DNA of 63,732 bases, filler included, from Sluysia triapertura (taxonomy: Eukaryota), in the NCBI GenBank assembly GCA_046118255.1. It is 5 parts of 5 records of this genome, joined end to end, with 100 filler letters (N's around TTAATTAATTAA, not from the genome) between each part and the next. Parts side by side here need not be neighbours in the genome. Positions count along the whole stretch, not along the records: positions 50,324 to 63,732 come from JBJNIA010041689.1; 4 more parts are not named here. One strand, given 5' to 3'. How positions within the stretch are numbered: position 1 is the stretch's first letter; the number at the start of each line of letters is the position of its first letter. Below the pieces are notes generated by a model. That model made no database searches and was not told where the DNA came from. It saw nothing but the letters and a program-made list of their open reading frames with translations. Below, one piece after another: positions 53,575 through 63,732 of this stretch. The position numbers and the translations under genes are program-made.

Positions 53575-54200
53575 TTAAGATCCTTATAAATCGGATCATT
53601 CAAAAGAAAACTAATCTCGCTTCAATAGCGTACGTTCTAATTGACCTCGAAAACTTGCTCATTCATCTTTCGCTGATACCTATGAATTGGCCCTTAACTG
53701 TACAAGACCAACATCATAGGGGACTCGCAAACAAGAAGTAAAACAAAATATATTTACAAAAGGAAAATCTCACAGATGAAGATACCTGGGAACTTCTGAA
53801 CCTTATGATCATTTAAGACATTGTTGAGCTTTTGGAACATTTGAAGACATTCGAAACTTTAATAAACTTTGAAGCCCTTCGAGTGACTTTGTAAAATGTT
53901 TGGAACCTTTAAAATATTCAAGAATTAAAATCATGATTAATGAATTAAAGATAAATTGATATATTAATAATTAATATGAAATGAAAATGAATCAGAGTGA
54001 TGTTAATTTTGTAAATGAGGAATTATGTTAGATTGTCATCACAACCCTTAAAATTACAATATCGTCTAAAAAAGAAAATTGTTTTAGATAAAATAAAATA
54101 ATTTTTATAAAATATAAATCGAAAATTCTACTATATTCTGGAATTTTCGAGAATTTTCTTTAATTATGATTATGTGGTGACTAGTATATATACTGGCATT
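53575..54200 (+). mobile_element. Chromodomain-bearing Ty3/gypsy 3' end and start of 3' LTR
   Basis: DPYK/RIIQKK...AYVLIDL (GPY/F region), NIIGDSQTRSKTKYIYK/ENLTDEDTWE (chromodomain K.W....E.TWE), then an LTR-like start TGTTAG at 54026. Confidence 0.6.
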
Positions 54201-54990
54201 GAAATAAGAGCAGAAACCCTGCAAGATAACATATTTCTGAAAAGTCAGATTCCGTTAATAAAGCATATCCATTATTTATAATTTCAACCAATTCCGATTC
54301 ATTTTTAGGTTCCGTTCTTTTAACCAACTCCTTCAATTCTCGATTGGATTGGAGTGGTAGGTAACAAAATAAAACATTATGTTTGTGTAAATAAAACCTT
54401 AACCTATGCGGTTTTATGGAACCTGACATTGCCCATAATAACCATTCTTAAATTGGTTATCAATTCAATTAAAAATTCTAAGTGTTTTGAGCAAAATTTT
54501 GACTCTAATAATGTATAACTTGATTTTCAGAAATCTCACAGCATGTTGATATGTTTCTTAATTATATCTATGGAACTACGGTAACAGCTGGAGTTCTTTT
54601 AAGGGATCTCCACCTTGATAATTTTATTGATATGTTGAATCTTTGTATCTCTGTTATATCTCTGTTTGTTATCTTAAAAACTGTAGATCATAAACTTTCC
54701 TTTCTTCAACGTTTGTAATTTCATTTCATCTTTCAGATATGATAGAAAGACGCTTTAAAGAATAACTGAATCCTTCGATGAATCATTCATCGATCCATTG
54801 GCGCGTATACTTGATATTTGAACGTCAACAAGTTTTGGTGTACTTGTCACCTTTATATTAACGAGTTTTTATTACATAAAACGCTGTTGTAACATAAACA
54901 CACATAAATTTGATATTTCTGAGGCTTTTTTCCCAGTTAAACATGATTTTACAATTTTCTCTCGATCATCATTAGATAAAATTTTTCTAT
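54190..54990 (-). mobile_element. Tc1/IS630-type DDE transposase pseudogene
   Basis: TEIQRFNISIKLSRWRSLKRTPAVTVVP (IDE.GFN...GRS..G..A...VP), MGNVRFHK (MDNARFHK) and YLPLQS..ELKELVKRTEPKNESELVEII (YLPPYSP...LK..V....P.N...L...I). Confidence 0.75.
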
Positions 54991-55266
54991 AATTTTAAGA
55001 GATCAAATAAGATAGAAATTAGAATTAACAGTAAATGAAATAAAATTTAATAAAATTTATTAATTATACAAAAATTAAAACAAGGGTTTACAAAATTGAA
55101 ATAAAGTTCATAAAATCGAAATAAAGGACGAAACCCTGTAATGATTTATTCGTATCAATAATGTTTAATTCCAAATATTCAAATGATTAATATTTTTGTA
55201 TTGTTTAGGGTAAAAGGCCTAAAGTGCCATGATGGTGATATTGACTATAATAAAATAAAATTGTTA

Positions 55267-55330
55267 CAGGGGTAGAGCATCGAACTGCACAGCGAGAGAT
55301 CCCGAGTTTGATCCCCGGTCAGTCCATTTT
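55267..55330 (+). pseudogene. 5'-truncated tRNA-Cys(GCA)-derived sequence
   Basis: CAGGGGTAGAGCA (D arm), CT-GCA-CA anticodon loop (GCA at 55287-55289), B-box-like CCCGAGTTTGATCCCCGG, then TTTT. The acceptor 5' strand is missing and the anticodon stem is broken. Confidence 0.7.
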
Positions 55331-56104
55331 ATGAAGTCTAACAATATGTTAAAAGTTTTGAATTAAATCAAGTTCATATCTAAATTTAAATGGATCTATT
55401 TCTTTAAAAATGAATATTTTCATGATTATATTAAATTTTTATTTTGTTATTTTGCGTTAGATAAGAGTGTGTTAGTCACCAAGTTAATTATTTTGAGTTA
55501 ATTACTAGTTGATTGAAATCGGAATATAATAAAAATTCGAGAAATATTAATATTGAATTTTTAATAATTAAAACTGATTAACATTAGTCCGAATTAAAGA
55601 AATAACTAAGTATTGTGATCATGCAGATTAATTACGTCGAATTTACAATTTCCTAATAAGTAGAGAAATACTGCATGCAAACAATTTTAGTGTTAGGTCA
55701 CTAATTTTTTGAGTTTTATATTTTTTTTGTGACGAGACGTACCTGGAATTGATACTGAATTAAAATTAATGAAAGCATTTTATTACACGTTTCTATTTAT
55801 TTGTGATAAATTGAGAATTTATTCATTGAATTTTGATAAGAAATTCAAATGATTATTGATAATTCATTTATTTATGAAAAATCGTTTTTGATAATAAGTG
55901 AAACTGAAGATTAAATGATTTAACTTATGAAATATTAAGAAATTTTGTTTAAATAATTAAATAAATATTTAGTTTATATATAATATAGTTGTTTTTTGAA
56001 TTTATAAGTTTGAAATAATATAAAAAATTGATATTTTAAATTATTTTAAGTGATTGAATGTTTGTTATTTTCCAAATTTATTCTCTATTGCATTTTTGTG
56101 TCTA

Positions 56105-58599
56105 ATGTTTTTCAATTTAGTCTTATGTACTGGTAAATATTCTGGATTAATTCGTTTATTTCATTGCGGTTTAACCGCCGCTATTGTTTTTGCTTTATTA
56201 TTTACAGATTCTCATTTGTATAAATTATTGCAAAGTGATAACAATAGTAAATATGTTGCCATTTTATTTTTAATAAGTCATTTTATTTCTATTATTGTTT
56301 ATCTTGTCTTAACTTATGTTGATCCTGGTTATGTAAGTGAGAAAGTAATTAATGTTACTTAAAGCTAAAGTTAACATAGAAGTATTTGCTTAATTCTGAT
56401 GATGAATGTGAAAGTAGTTCTTCAGAAAATGACGTTGATTGTGAATCTGCAATGATTAAAAAAGCAAAAGAAGATAAAATTGATGTCGAGGATAAATATA
56501 GATTTTGTGTGGCTTGTAAAATAAAAGTAAATTTAGGATTATACATCTAAAAATTATAAATCCAAATATTAAGAATATAAATTATATTTATATTTAAATT
56601 ATATTTATTATTTAATTAGTTATTAATGTTTATTTAGCAACCTTTGCGAACAAAACATTGTAATACATGTGGTAAATGTGTTAAGAAATATGATCATCAT
56701 TGTCCTTGGATTGACAATTGTATCGGTGAAGATAATCATTCTATTTTTGTACTTTTTATCATATTTGAACTTATAGTTATTATTTGGACTTTAGCTTGGA
56801 CTTGGTTAGTATTTCAATAATGGGAGTGGAATAAAACTTGGGTCTTCATTATTGACCATTTCTCCTTTGTTACAAAATATTAAAATTAAATCGATTTTTT
56901 GAAGTATTCATGTAAAATGGATTCCTCCAATTTGAACTATTTTTAGAAAATTAGTTCTCATAAAATTAAATTAAAAAATAAAGCGAGACAAAAAATCCAT
57001 AATTCGTCTTAATTAAATTCATTATTTATTTGTGCTTTTAATTCTATCAAGTGACGGGGATAAATTATTTTGCACGAAGTTTTAGTTATTCTGGAGATTT
57101 CTTTAATAATTAGATTTAATCTAATTTAAATCTTCGATAGATGTACTCACATTGAAGTGTTGTGTAGTCTTAAATTCTAAAAAGTTTTTATCGTCATTTC
57201 TTTTAGATTTTACTGGGAAACGTGATATGAATACGTTGTGCAAATCTTCTAATCGTCTTGTGAAGTGGTCTTCAAGTTCGCCGTTATAATACCTTCTTAA
57301 ATAATATTTTACTAGATTCTGAAACAACTATAAGTCATTTAATTTATATTTTAAAAGGTAGTTGTGTAACATTGATTACTTCGATATAATCTATATCTAT
57401 ATGGATTTTTTAGATTATACAGAATAATTAATCCGTAAAAAGGATGTAAAAATATAAGTCTCCGTCATTATTAAAATATTCATAATTTAATATTTCTATA
57501 TTTGTCCTGAAGCTTCATTTATCCTTTCTAAGTGATTCATTTCTTTAGGGAGTATATTTTATATCTTATTTTTTATTCTTTATTTCTGTTACTTCATCAA
57601 TGTGTTTCTATTATTTTAAAGTTTATTATTTATTTTCTTTTGTACTCTATTTCTAGTAAATTTTTCGGTTGAATAAGTATGACTTATCACTTCTGTTCCT
57701 TGAGGTAGATTCAATCTAATTTTGATTTTTTATTTTTATTTTCTGCGTCGTAAATATTTATAAATTTTTACGATGATTTTTACATAGTAATTTTCATTAA
57801 AATTATCTTTTAGTATTTTCAGTAATATTCTTCGTACTACGTATTTTTTGCTAATATCAAAATATCCATTAATAAATTCGCTAAATTGATTTAATAATCC
57901 TTCTCTATGATCTAGACTCCTTAACTCCTTTTATAAATTTTTTCGTACTCTTCTGTAAATTCGTATCCTTCCCTATTGTTTCTTATTTTGTATTCTCTAA
58001 ATAATCGCTTATTTAAATTTCTAATATTTTTAGCCATAATGTATATAACTTTAAATGCAATTGACACGTGCTTTGTTAGGTGTTATGCAAATTTTAAACT
58101 TCTCTTTTTGCCACCTGCTGCATTATATTCTGAAGCACATTGACCATACCAAACTAATAATTACCAAGGATACATAAACACACATCTAAACTATCTCAAC
58201 CTTCAGGTACCCATTAAAGCACCTAATACAAATTTGATAGGTTGTGATATTCAAAATTCTTATTTTACGATTTTATTACCATTATTTTCCATATTAAATT
58301 GTATAATAATAAAATATTCGATATTTGTATTTTCATACATTAATTTTAACAGGTTATCAATTTCTCCAATGAAGAACTTCGTTATTAATAATCATTTCTC
58401 CCTATCGAATTGGTTGCAAGTGAATGCCATATATGCAGTCATTTGTTTGATTTGTTTATTCAGTGGTGGTCCTTTACTTTTGTTAATAGTATTTCATTTG
58501 TATTTGGCATGTACTAACAGTACAACATGGGAAAATGTTGCACGTAACAAAATCACATATTTAAAGCGAGTTAATTCAAACATAAATCCATTTCATCAG
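56105..58599 (+). CDS. ZDHHC12: DHHC palmitoyltransferase, ZDHHC12-like (last exon unresolved)
   Basis: Exons 56105-56344, 56380-56526, 56638-56804 and 58353-58599 have phase-compatible GT-AG introns. Motifs: [18 protein letters not shown]...[52 protein letters not shown]...NPF. Confidence 0.93.
57040..58050 (-). mobile_element. Highly decayed non-LTR retrotransposon (ORF2-like) remnant inside ZDHHC12 intron 3
   Basis: Purine-rich K/R-coding minus strand with fragments such as ASGQ and [14 protein letters not shown] (compare K.sGpD and S..SKilEk....R of LINE RT). Many stops. Confidence 0.35.
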
Positions 58600-60929
58600 G
58601 TAAAAATTATTTAATAATTTAATCTGAGATTAATTTTTTAAACAATATTAGTTAGTAACATAAATAGTATACAATTTTATATTGAAAGAATGTACAACAA
58701 TAGTACATTATTCATTTATTTTTAACCGACTTTTTAATTGGGTAAAAAGAATTTTATTCTATTGGAATTTGTAAAAATTTGAAGAATATTTTCGAACATA
58801 ATTAATTTATTTCCGCAATTATATTTTATAATTCTGAAGTACATATTATTAATGTATTTTCCTTGATATGGATACTTGTGAATTATTTTGTTTACTTTTT
58901 AGATGCCTTTACCCCTTACATCTTTTTGCACGACAATGCCAACTTTTGTGCATATAAGATCTACTTTTTATCTTCAAGTGTTGGTATAGACGTAGTCTAA
59001 GTGGAAGGGGAAGTGTGAAATATATACTATGGTTATATATTTGTATTTCAGTACGAGGTACAAATCCTCGTCATAACTGCTTGTATGTTGTGCTGCATTT
59101 TAACAAGAGAAGCACATTAAGTCAAGGCTTGCTTGTTATCTTGCCATATATTACCCCCGTCACGACCTACAAACGACCTTATTAATAAAGGTAGCCTAAA
59201 TAACAATTATAATAATGAAACCGTCAATTTCATACAATATTAAGTTTAATATCGAATATTAAAATTGTTTCTAAAATATGAATATTTTTAAACTCATGTC
59301 ATAAAAATTGTCATGAATTTGTTATGAACATAAATAAATATTCGATTTTAATTGATATGTTTTAGATGTTATGCTTCGATTGATTATAAGTTTTAATTTA
59401 TTGTGGGTTTTGGTTTTATATCATTTTATTTATATATTTATAATTTCTTTTACCGACTTAATATTGAAATTCGAATTCTTCACAGATTAAATATTAAACT
59501 CCTGCATAATTTTATCTTAAGTCTTATTTTCTACACATATTAATATTAAATTTTAGTTAACACGTTTTAGTTCAATATTCGTCTCTGTTCTTAAAGATGG
59601 AAGAGCTTATTATTATTAATTCCATTATTAATTGTTAGTGAATGCATAGTCTATGAATTATTCATATCAAATTCATGTCTATAGATTTATATGTTAAAAT
59701 TGTATGTAAATTAGAAAGTTATATTAACTATTCAATTTGTACACAATTGCATCAATATAATTCAATATAACATCATACTGTTCATTTATTTATCAGTATA
59801 ATTAAAAATTCATTTAATGCATTTATTAACCAAATATTAATAGTGTTAAATTTAAAAATTATAGCTTTAATTTAAAATTAAGATATGCTTTGCTGCTTTA
59901 ATCTTTATTCTACTTGGAATTTCTTTTAGTTTTATTAAGTCTTAATCAGTCTCACGTATAAATTTTGTTTTGATCTTTAACTATTAATGTAGTTAATTAA
60001 TTGCTATTCAATTTAATTATAACAATTTTGACTCACTAATTGTCTCTTAATTTAGAGAGTGGAAGTGTCTAATAAACAAAATATAACTTTATTTATTTAG
60101 ACGAATCCCACTTTTAGATCCCTGTATATAAAAGAAAAGTACTAACAAGAAAGATTTAAATTATTAATCCAAATATATAATGAACAAAAATGAAAATATT
60201 TTAGTTTGATAGACACTCAAGCAAGTACATTAAATCTTAAATAAGTAGAATACTTAATAAATTTTATAGATATTAATTATGGTTAATATTCAAATGATAT
60301 ATTAATTTATTAAGATATTAATTATTATCAAAACAAATTTTAAAACAAAATTATTTAAGCAGTGAAGTAATGTAACCACTTACCACAATTTCTTTAAATC
60401 TTCTTACTTTTCGTACTCGCAATTTTCGACCTGATAATCAACAAGCTCTTATTCCAATAGCTTCAGCAAATCTTTTTTCTCATTCGATTTCTTTTTGTCT
60501 CCTTTTTTTGTTTTTATATGAGTTTATTGCCGATTTGTATTATTTCGCCAGTATAGGAAGAATGTTTAACAATGATAAAATAATTTCGCTAATAATAATG
60601 TTGCACAGTAATACAATAAATAATGCAATTTGTAAATATTGCTTTACAATGATAAAATAAATAATAATTCTACTAAAAATTTCAGCTGTATTAGTTCACT
60701 GCACAGTATGTGACACTATTAAATTATTTTATACGTAAATTTATATTATATATTACGGAGTTTGATTCGTTCAATAAATTATACAAAATAAAATTTTATG
60801 ATATTATGAGTGGTTTAAATTTATTAACAATTAATTAAAAATTAATTTGGGGATTAAAATGGCACGATATTTCGTAAATGTTTTGATTTAAAAATAATAA
60901 AAGTAAAACTTAGACGTTGATTCATTAAG

Positions 60930-61330
60930 AACATAAAATTTTGGGAGAAAGATTTGGTTGATAAGACAAAATAATGTTCTAGTACTAAAGCACCTTCTAA
61001 ACGATTTTCAAGTTTCAGTTCTTCAACAATGAGCTTAGTTGGAGCAAACAGTCAGAATTGGATTAACATCAATTTTATTCATGTTGTCTTCGAAAAATAA
61101 TTTAATTTCATCATCTAAAGGTACTGAAAAGATCATATCTTCATTCATGCATATCTTTGATACTGCATTATAGCCACTTTATTTGGTTCATACATTAATT
61201 TAACATCAATTTCGTTCATATTGCTTCAATAAATAACTTAATTTAATTCTCTAAACGTACTAAAACGATTATAATTGATTCGTAAATATATATAGTACTA
61301 TCAGCATTAAACTTCATCTGTTCGGTATAA
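60930..61330 (-). pseudogene. Decayed orphan coding region with a 137-bp internal duplication
   Basis: TAACATCAATTT..TTCAT recurs at 61064 and 61201. Minus strand reads GYNAVSKICMNEDMIFSVPLDDEIKLFFEDNMNKIDVNPILTVCSN. Confidence 0.45.
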
Positions 61331-61602
61331 GACATATAGTCTGTAATCATATCTATTTTATACATTTTATCTTTATTGATAATGACTTTATAATTCATTT
61401 GCTTTATATGAAACATATCTAAAATATAATAACAACATAAAATATAACTTCAAGTTTTGTCCGGACTAAAATATGCAAATGATAATTGTGGTTAACAAAA
61501 CTGAGCTGCAATATATGATTAAAAATTGTGCCAACTACTAAATTTAGTAGCGAATAAATATAGATATAATTAGCAACATATTACGTTGCTGTCTTTTCAA
61601 GC

Positions 61603-61605
<3 letters not shown>

Positions 61606-61651
<46 letters not shown>

Positions 61652-61672
61652 GTTGTTGTTGTTGTTGTTGTT
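61606..61672. repeat. Compound (ATT)n(GTT)n microsatellite
   Basis: Direct reading. Confidence 0.95.
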
Positions 61673-62484
61673 CAACAAGATCATAATCGCCATCAACATC
61701 ATTATCCGAAAAACCAAATATTTGTTTCTTAAAAGTGATCAATTTTCGATTTATCACTTTACGGTAATGTTACTTTTTCGTTAAAAATTTCGTGTTTGAT
61801 TTCTTTGATTGTACTTCGTTCAATTTTGTCGTTGTTGAGCCAGTGGAAGTCGTTATCTGAGATTTATTTAAGGAATGTTTTGAAGATTCTTTAGATTCTT
61901 TTTTTATTTTCGATATCTTATGGATGCCTTGTTTAACAGTGAGAAAGTGCGATGTAGCAAATAATTTATTAAAATTATCATTCGATTCAGTAAATGATTT
62001 AGAAAAATCTTTATGCTTTATTTAAATTTGTGATTTAAAGTGTTCGTTTCTCTTCGGTACTTAAGAAACATATTATTGTTGAGTATTATGTGTTGCTGAC
62101 GATAGCATTCATTTTTATTAACAGATGTTTTATTTCATACAAATAAAAAATCTTAAGTGATCACAACTATAGACTGAATTATTTCGAGACGTTCGAAAAC
62201 GCGATTACAATTTTCTTACATGGAAGTAAATATTAATAGTATTGCTATTCGAAAATTTATTAATAAAGAAGCAGCTAAACTAGTGGTTTATTCATTGATA
62301 TCTAATAACATAGATTTTAATACTAGAATATTGTACTCAATTACAATGAATCAATCAGCAAGACTAATTTTCAAAGTATGAAAACGATCTCATATAACAC
62401 CTAACAAATAAAAGGAAGAGTAGAATTAAAAATCAAAACAAAATCTTGAATATTTCGTGGAAATAATAAAAATTCCAAAAACCA

Positions 62485-62672
62485 AAGTGATAATAAGCTA
62501 GGTGATTATTTGTATATCGCTTATGTTTCAAAAATATACATGTTAAATTACTGGAAGATTATGAAATATTTAAGAAAAAGGCAAAGTTCTTTTTTCAGAA
62601 ATATTATGCTTAATGATTTATTTGAAGCGCTTTTGAGTACTTACTTTGTAGTAGATATGAGCTCAATATAAA
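62485..62672 (+). repeat. Dispersed coding-like repeat, copy 3
   Basis: Reverse-complement homologue of 35040-35240 (AGTGATAA.AAGCTAGGTGAT, ATTACTGGAAGATTATGAAATATTTAAG, AAGCGCTTTTGAGTACTTA). Confidence 0.75.
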
Positions 62673-63029
62673 TTAATATATTATATTCTAATTCTTTTTG
62701 CGATTTTTAATACAGTTTTGTCTGAAATTTTTTTGCCATGTTCAACAAAATATAATAGTTTTTTGTTAAAATTGTTAATCTTACATTACGTAAAATTGGA
62801 TTTGAATTCCAACATTTTTTATATGGAAAATTTAAAATAATCACAAAAATGAAAAACTCATCAATTTCTTAATCGCTTGAATTCCATTGGCCATATTTCA
62901 TTGACATACACATTTCTTTTCTAGTTACTCTAATAAATTCAGTGGACAGCGAAGAATTAAATGATATAGTGATATTGTTGGGATTGCCCAAGTGTAGATC
63001 AGAATGAGTGATAAACATGTATAACTATT

Positions 63030-63230
63030 AAATGAAGAGAAAACTGATACAAAGTGATGGATTGAACATGGTAAACATTAGTGGAATAAGAATCATAAAA
63101 GTAAAAACATCTACAATAATGTTAAGAGTTAAAAAATACCTTGGAGTTCCAAAGACCTATATAAGGATTCGAGACCTTGTGGGAGCTGGAGATGGACTTG
63201 AAGAACTTTTGGAAGCATTAAAGTACCTTT
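63030..63230 (+). mobile_element. Fragment of the 50735-51960 retroelement family
   Basis: Reverse complement of about 51710-51900 (ATACCTTGGAGTTCCAAAGACCTATATAAGG is exact). Confidence 0.8.
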
Positions 63231-63231
63231 A

Positions 63232-63732
63232 GAATTATTATTATTACTATTATTATACTATTATCATTATTATTATCATTTACTAATATTATTATCATTA
63301 TTATTATCATTTACTAATATTATTATCATTATTATTATCATTCACTAATATTATTATTATTACTTTCATTATTAATATTATTATTAATTGTAATTATCAT
63401 TACTATCATTATTATCATTATCATTAATATCATTATTATTATCATTATAATTATAATAATAATTATTATTTCATTATTAATATTATTAATTATAATTATC
63501 ATTATTATTAATATCATTATTATTATTAGAATTATTATTACTTTTATTATACTATTACCATTATTATTATCATTTACTAATATCATTATTATTAATTTCA
63601 TTATTAATATTATCATTATTATCACTATTATTATCATTATTAGTTATATCATCATTATTATCATTATTACTATTATTACTATTATCATTATTATCATTAT
63701 TATTAATATCATTATTATTATCATTTACTAAT
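63232..63732. repeat. Degenerate (ATT/ATC/ACT)n simple repeat
   Basis: Trinucleotide-periodic low-complexity tract to the window end. It produces spurious ORF 63338..63637. Confidence 0.92.

Noticed and set aside
56355-56546. Minus-strand ORF (also 14484..14681, 37485..37793, 43672..43918, 18097..18306)
   Set aside because: Antisense shadows of ZDHHC12, CTH, the Tigger transposase, gypsy gag and the unknown gene.

Overview
Very AT-rich eukaryotic, probably metazoan, genomic DNA. Short GT-AG introns suggest a compact parasite-type genome; an orthonectid or dicyemid-like source is only a guess. The window is not one locus: four artificial N44-TTAATTAATTAA-N44 linkers join five contigs (1-11949, 12050-25844, 25945-39000, 39101-50223, 50324-63732). 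Two host genes are clearly recognisable: an intronless ubiquitin-like/40S ribosomal protein S27a fusion, whose ubiquitin moiety is only about 20% identical to canonical ubiquitin, and a multi-exon ZDHHC12-type palmitoyltransferase. The window also holds a decayed cystathionine gamma-lyase, a tRNA-Cys relic and an unknown spliced gene. Degenerate transposons are frequent (Ty3/gypsy gag, protease, integrase and chromodomain pieces and LTRs, Tigger/pogo, Tc1/IS630, a LINE-like remnant), as are (AAT)n-type simple repeats. The least explained signals are four orphan ORF loci sharing a Cys..Pro motif (three internally duplicated, two behind near-identical GACAG inverted-repeat plus CCAAT cassettes), recurring TGTCA/TGACA palindromes, and a set of covarying bulged hairpins. 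All similarity calls are by eye; no searches were run.
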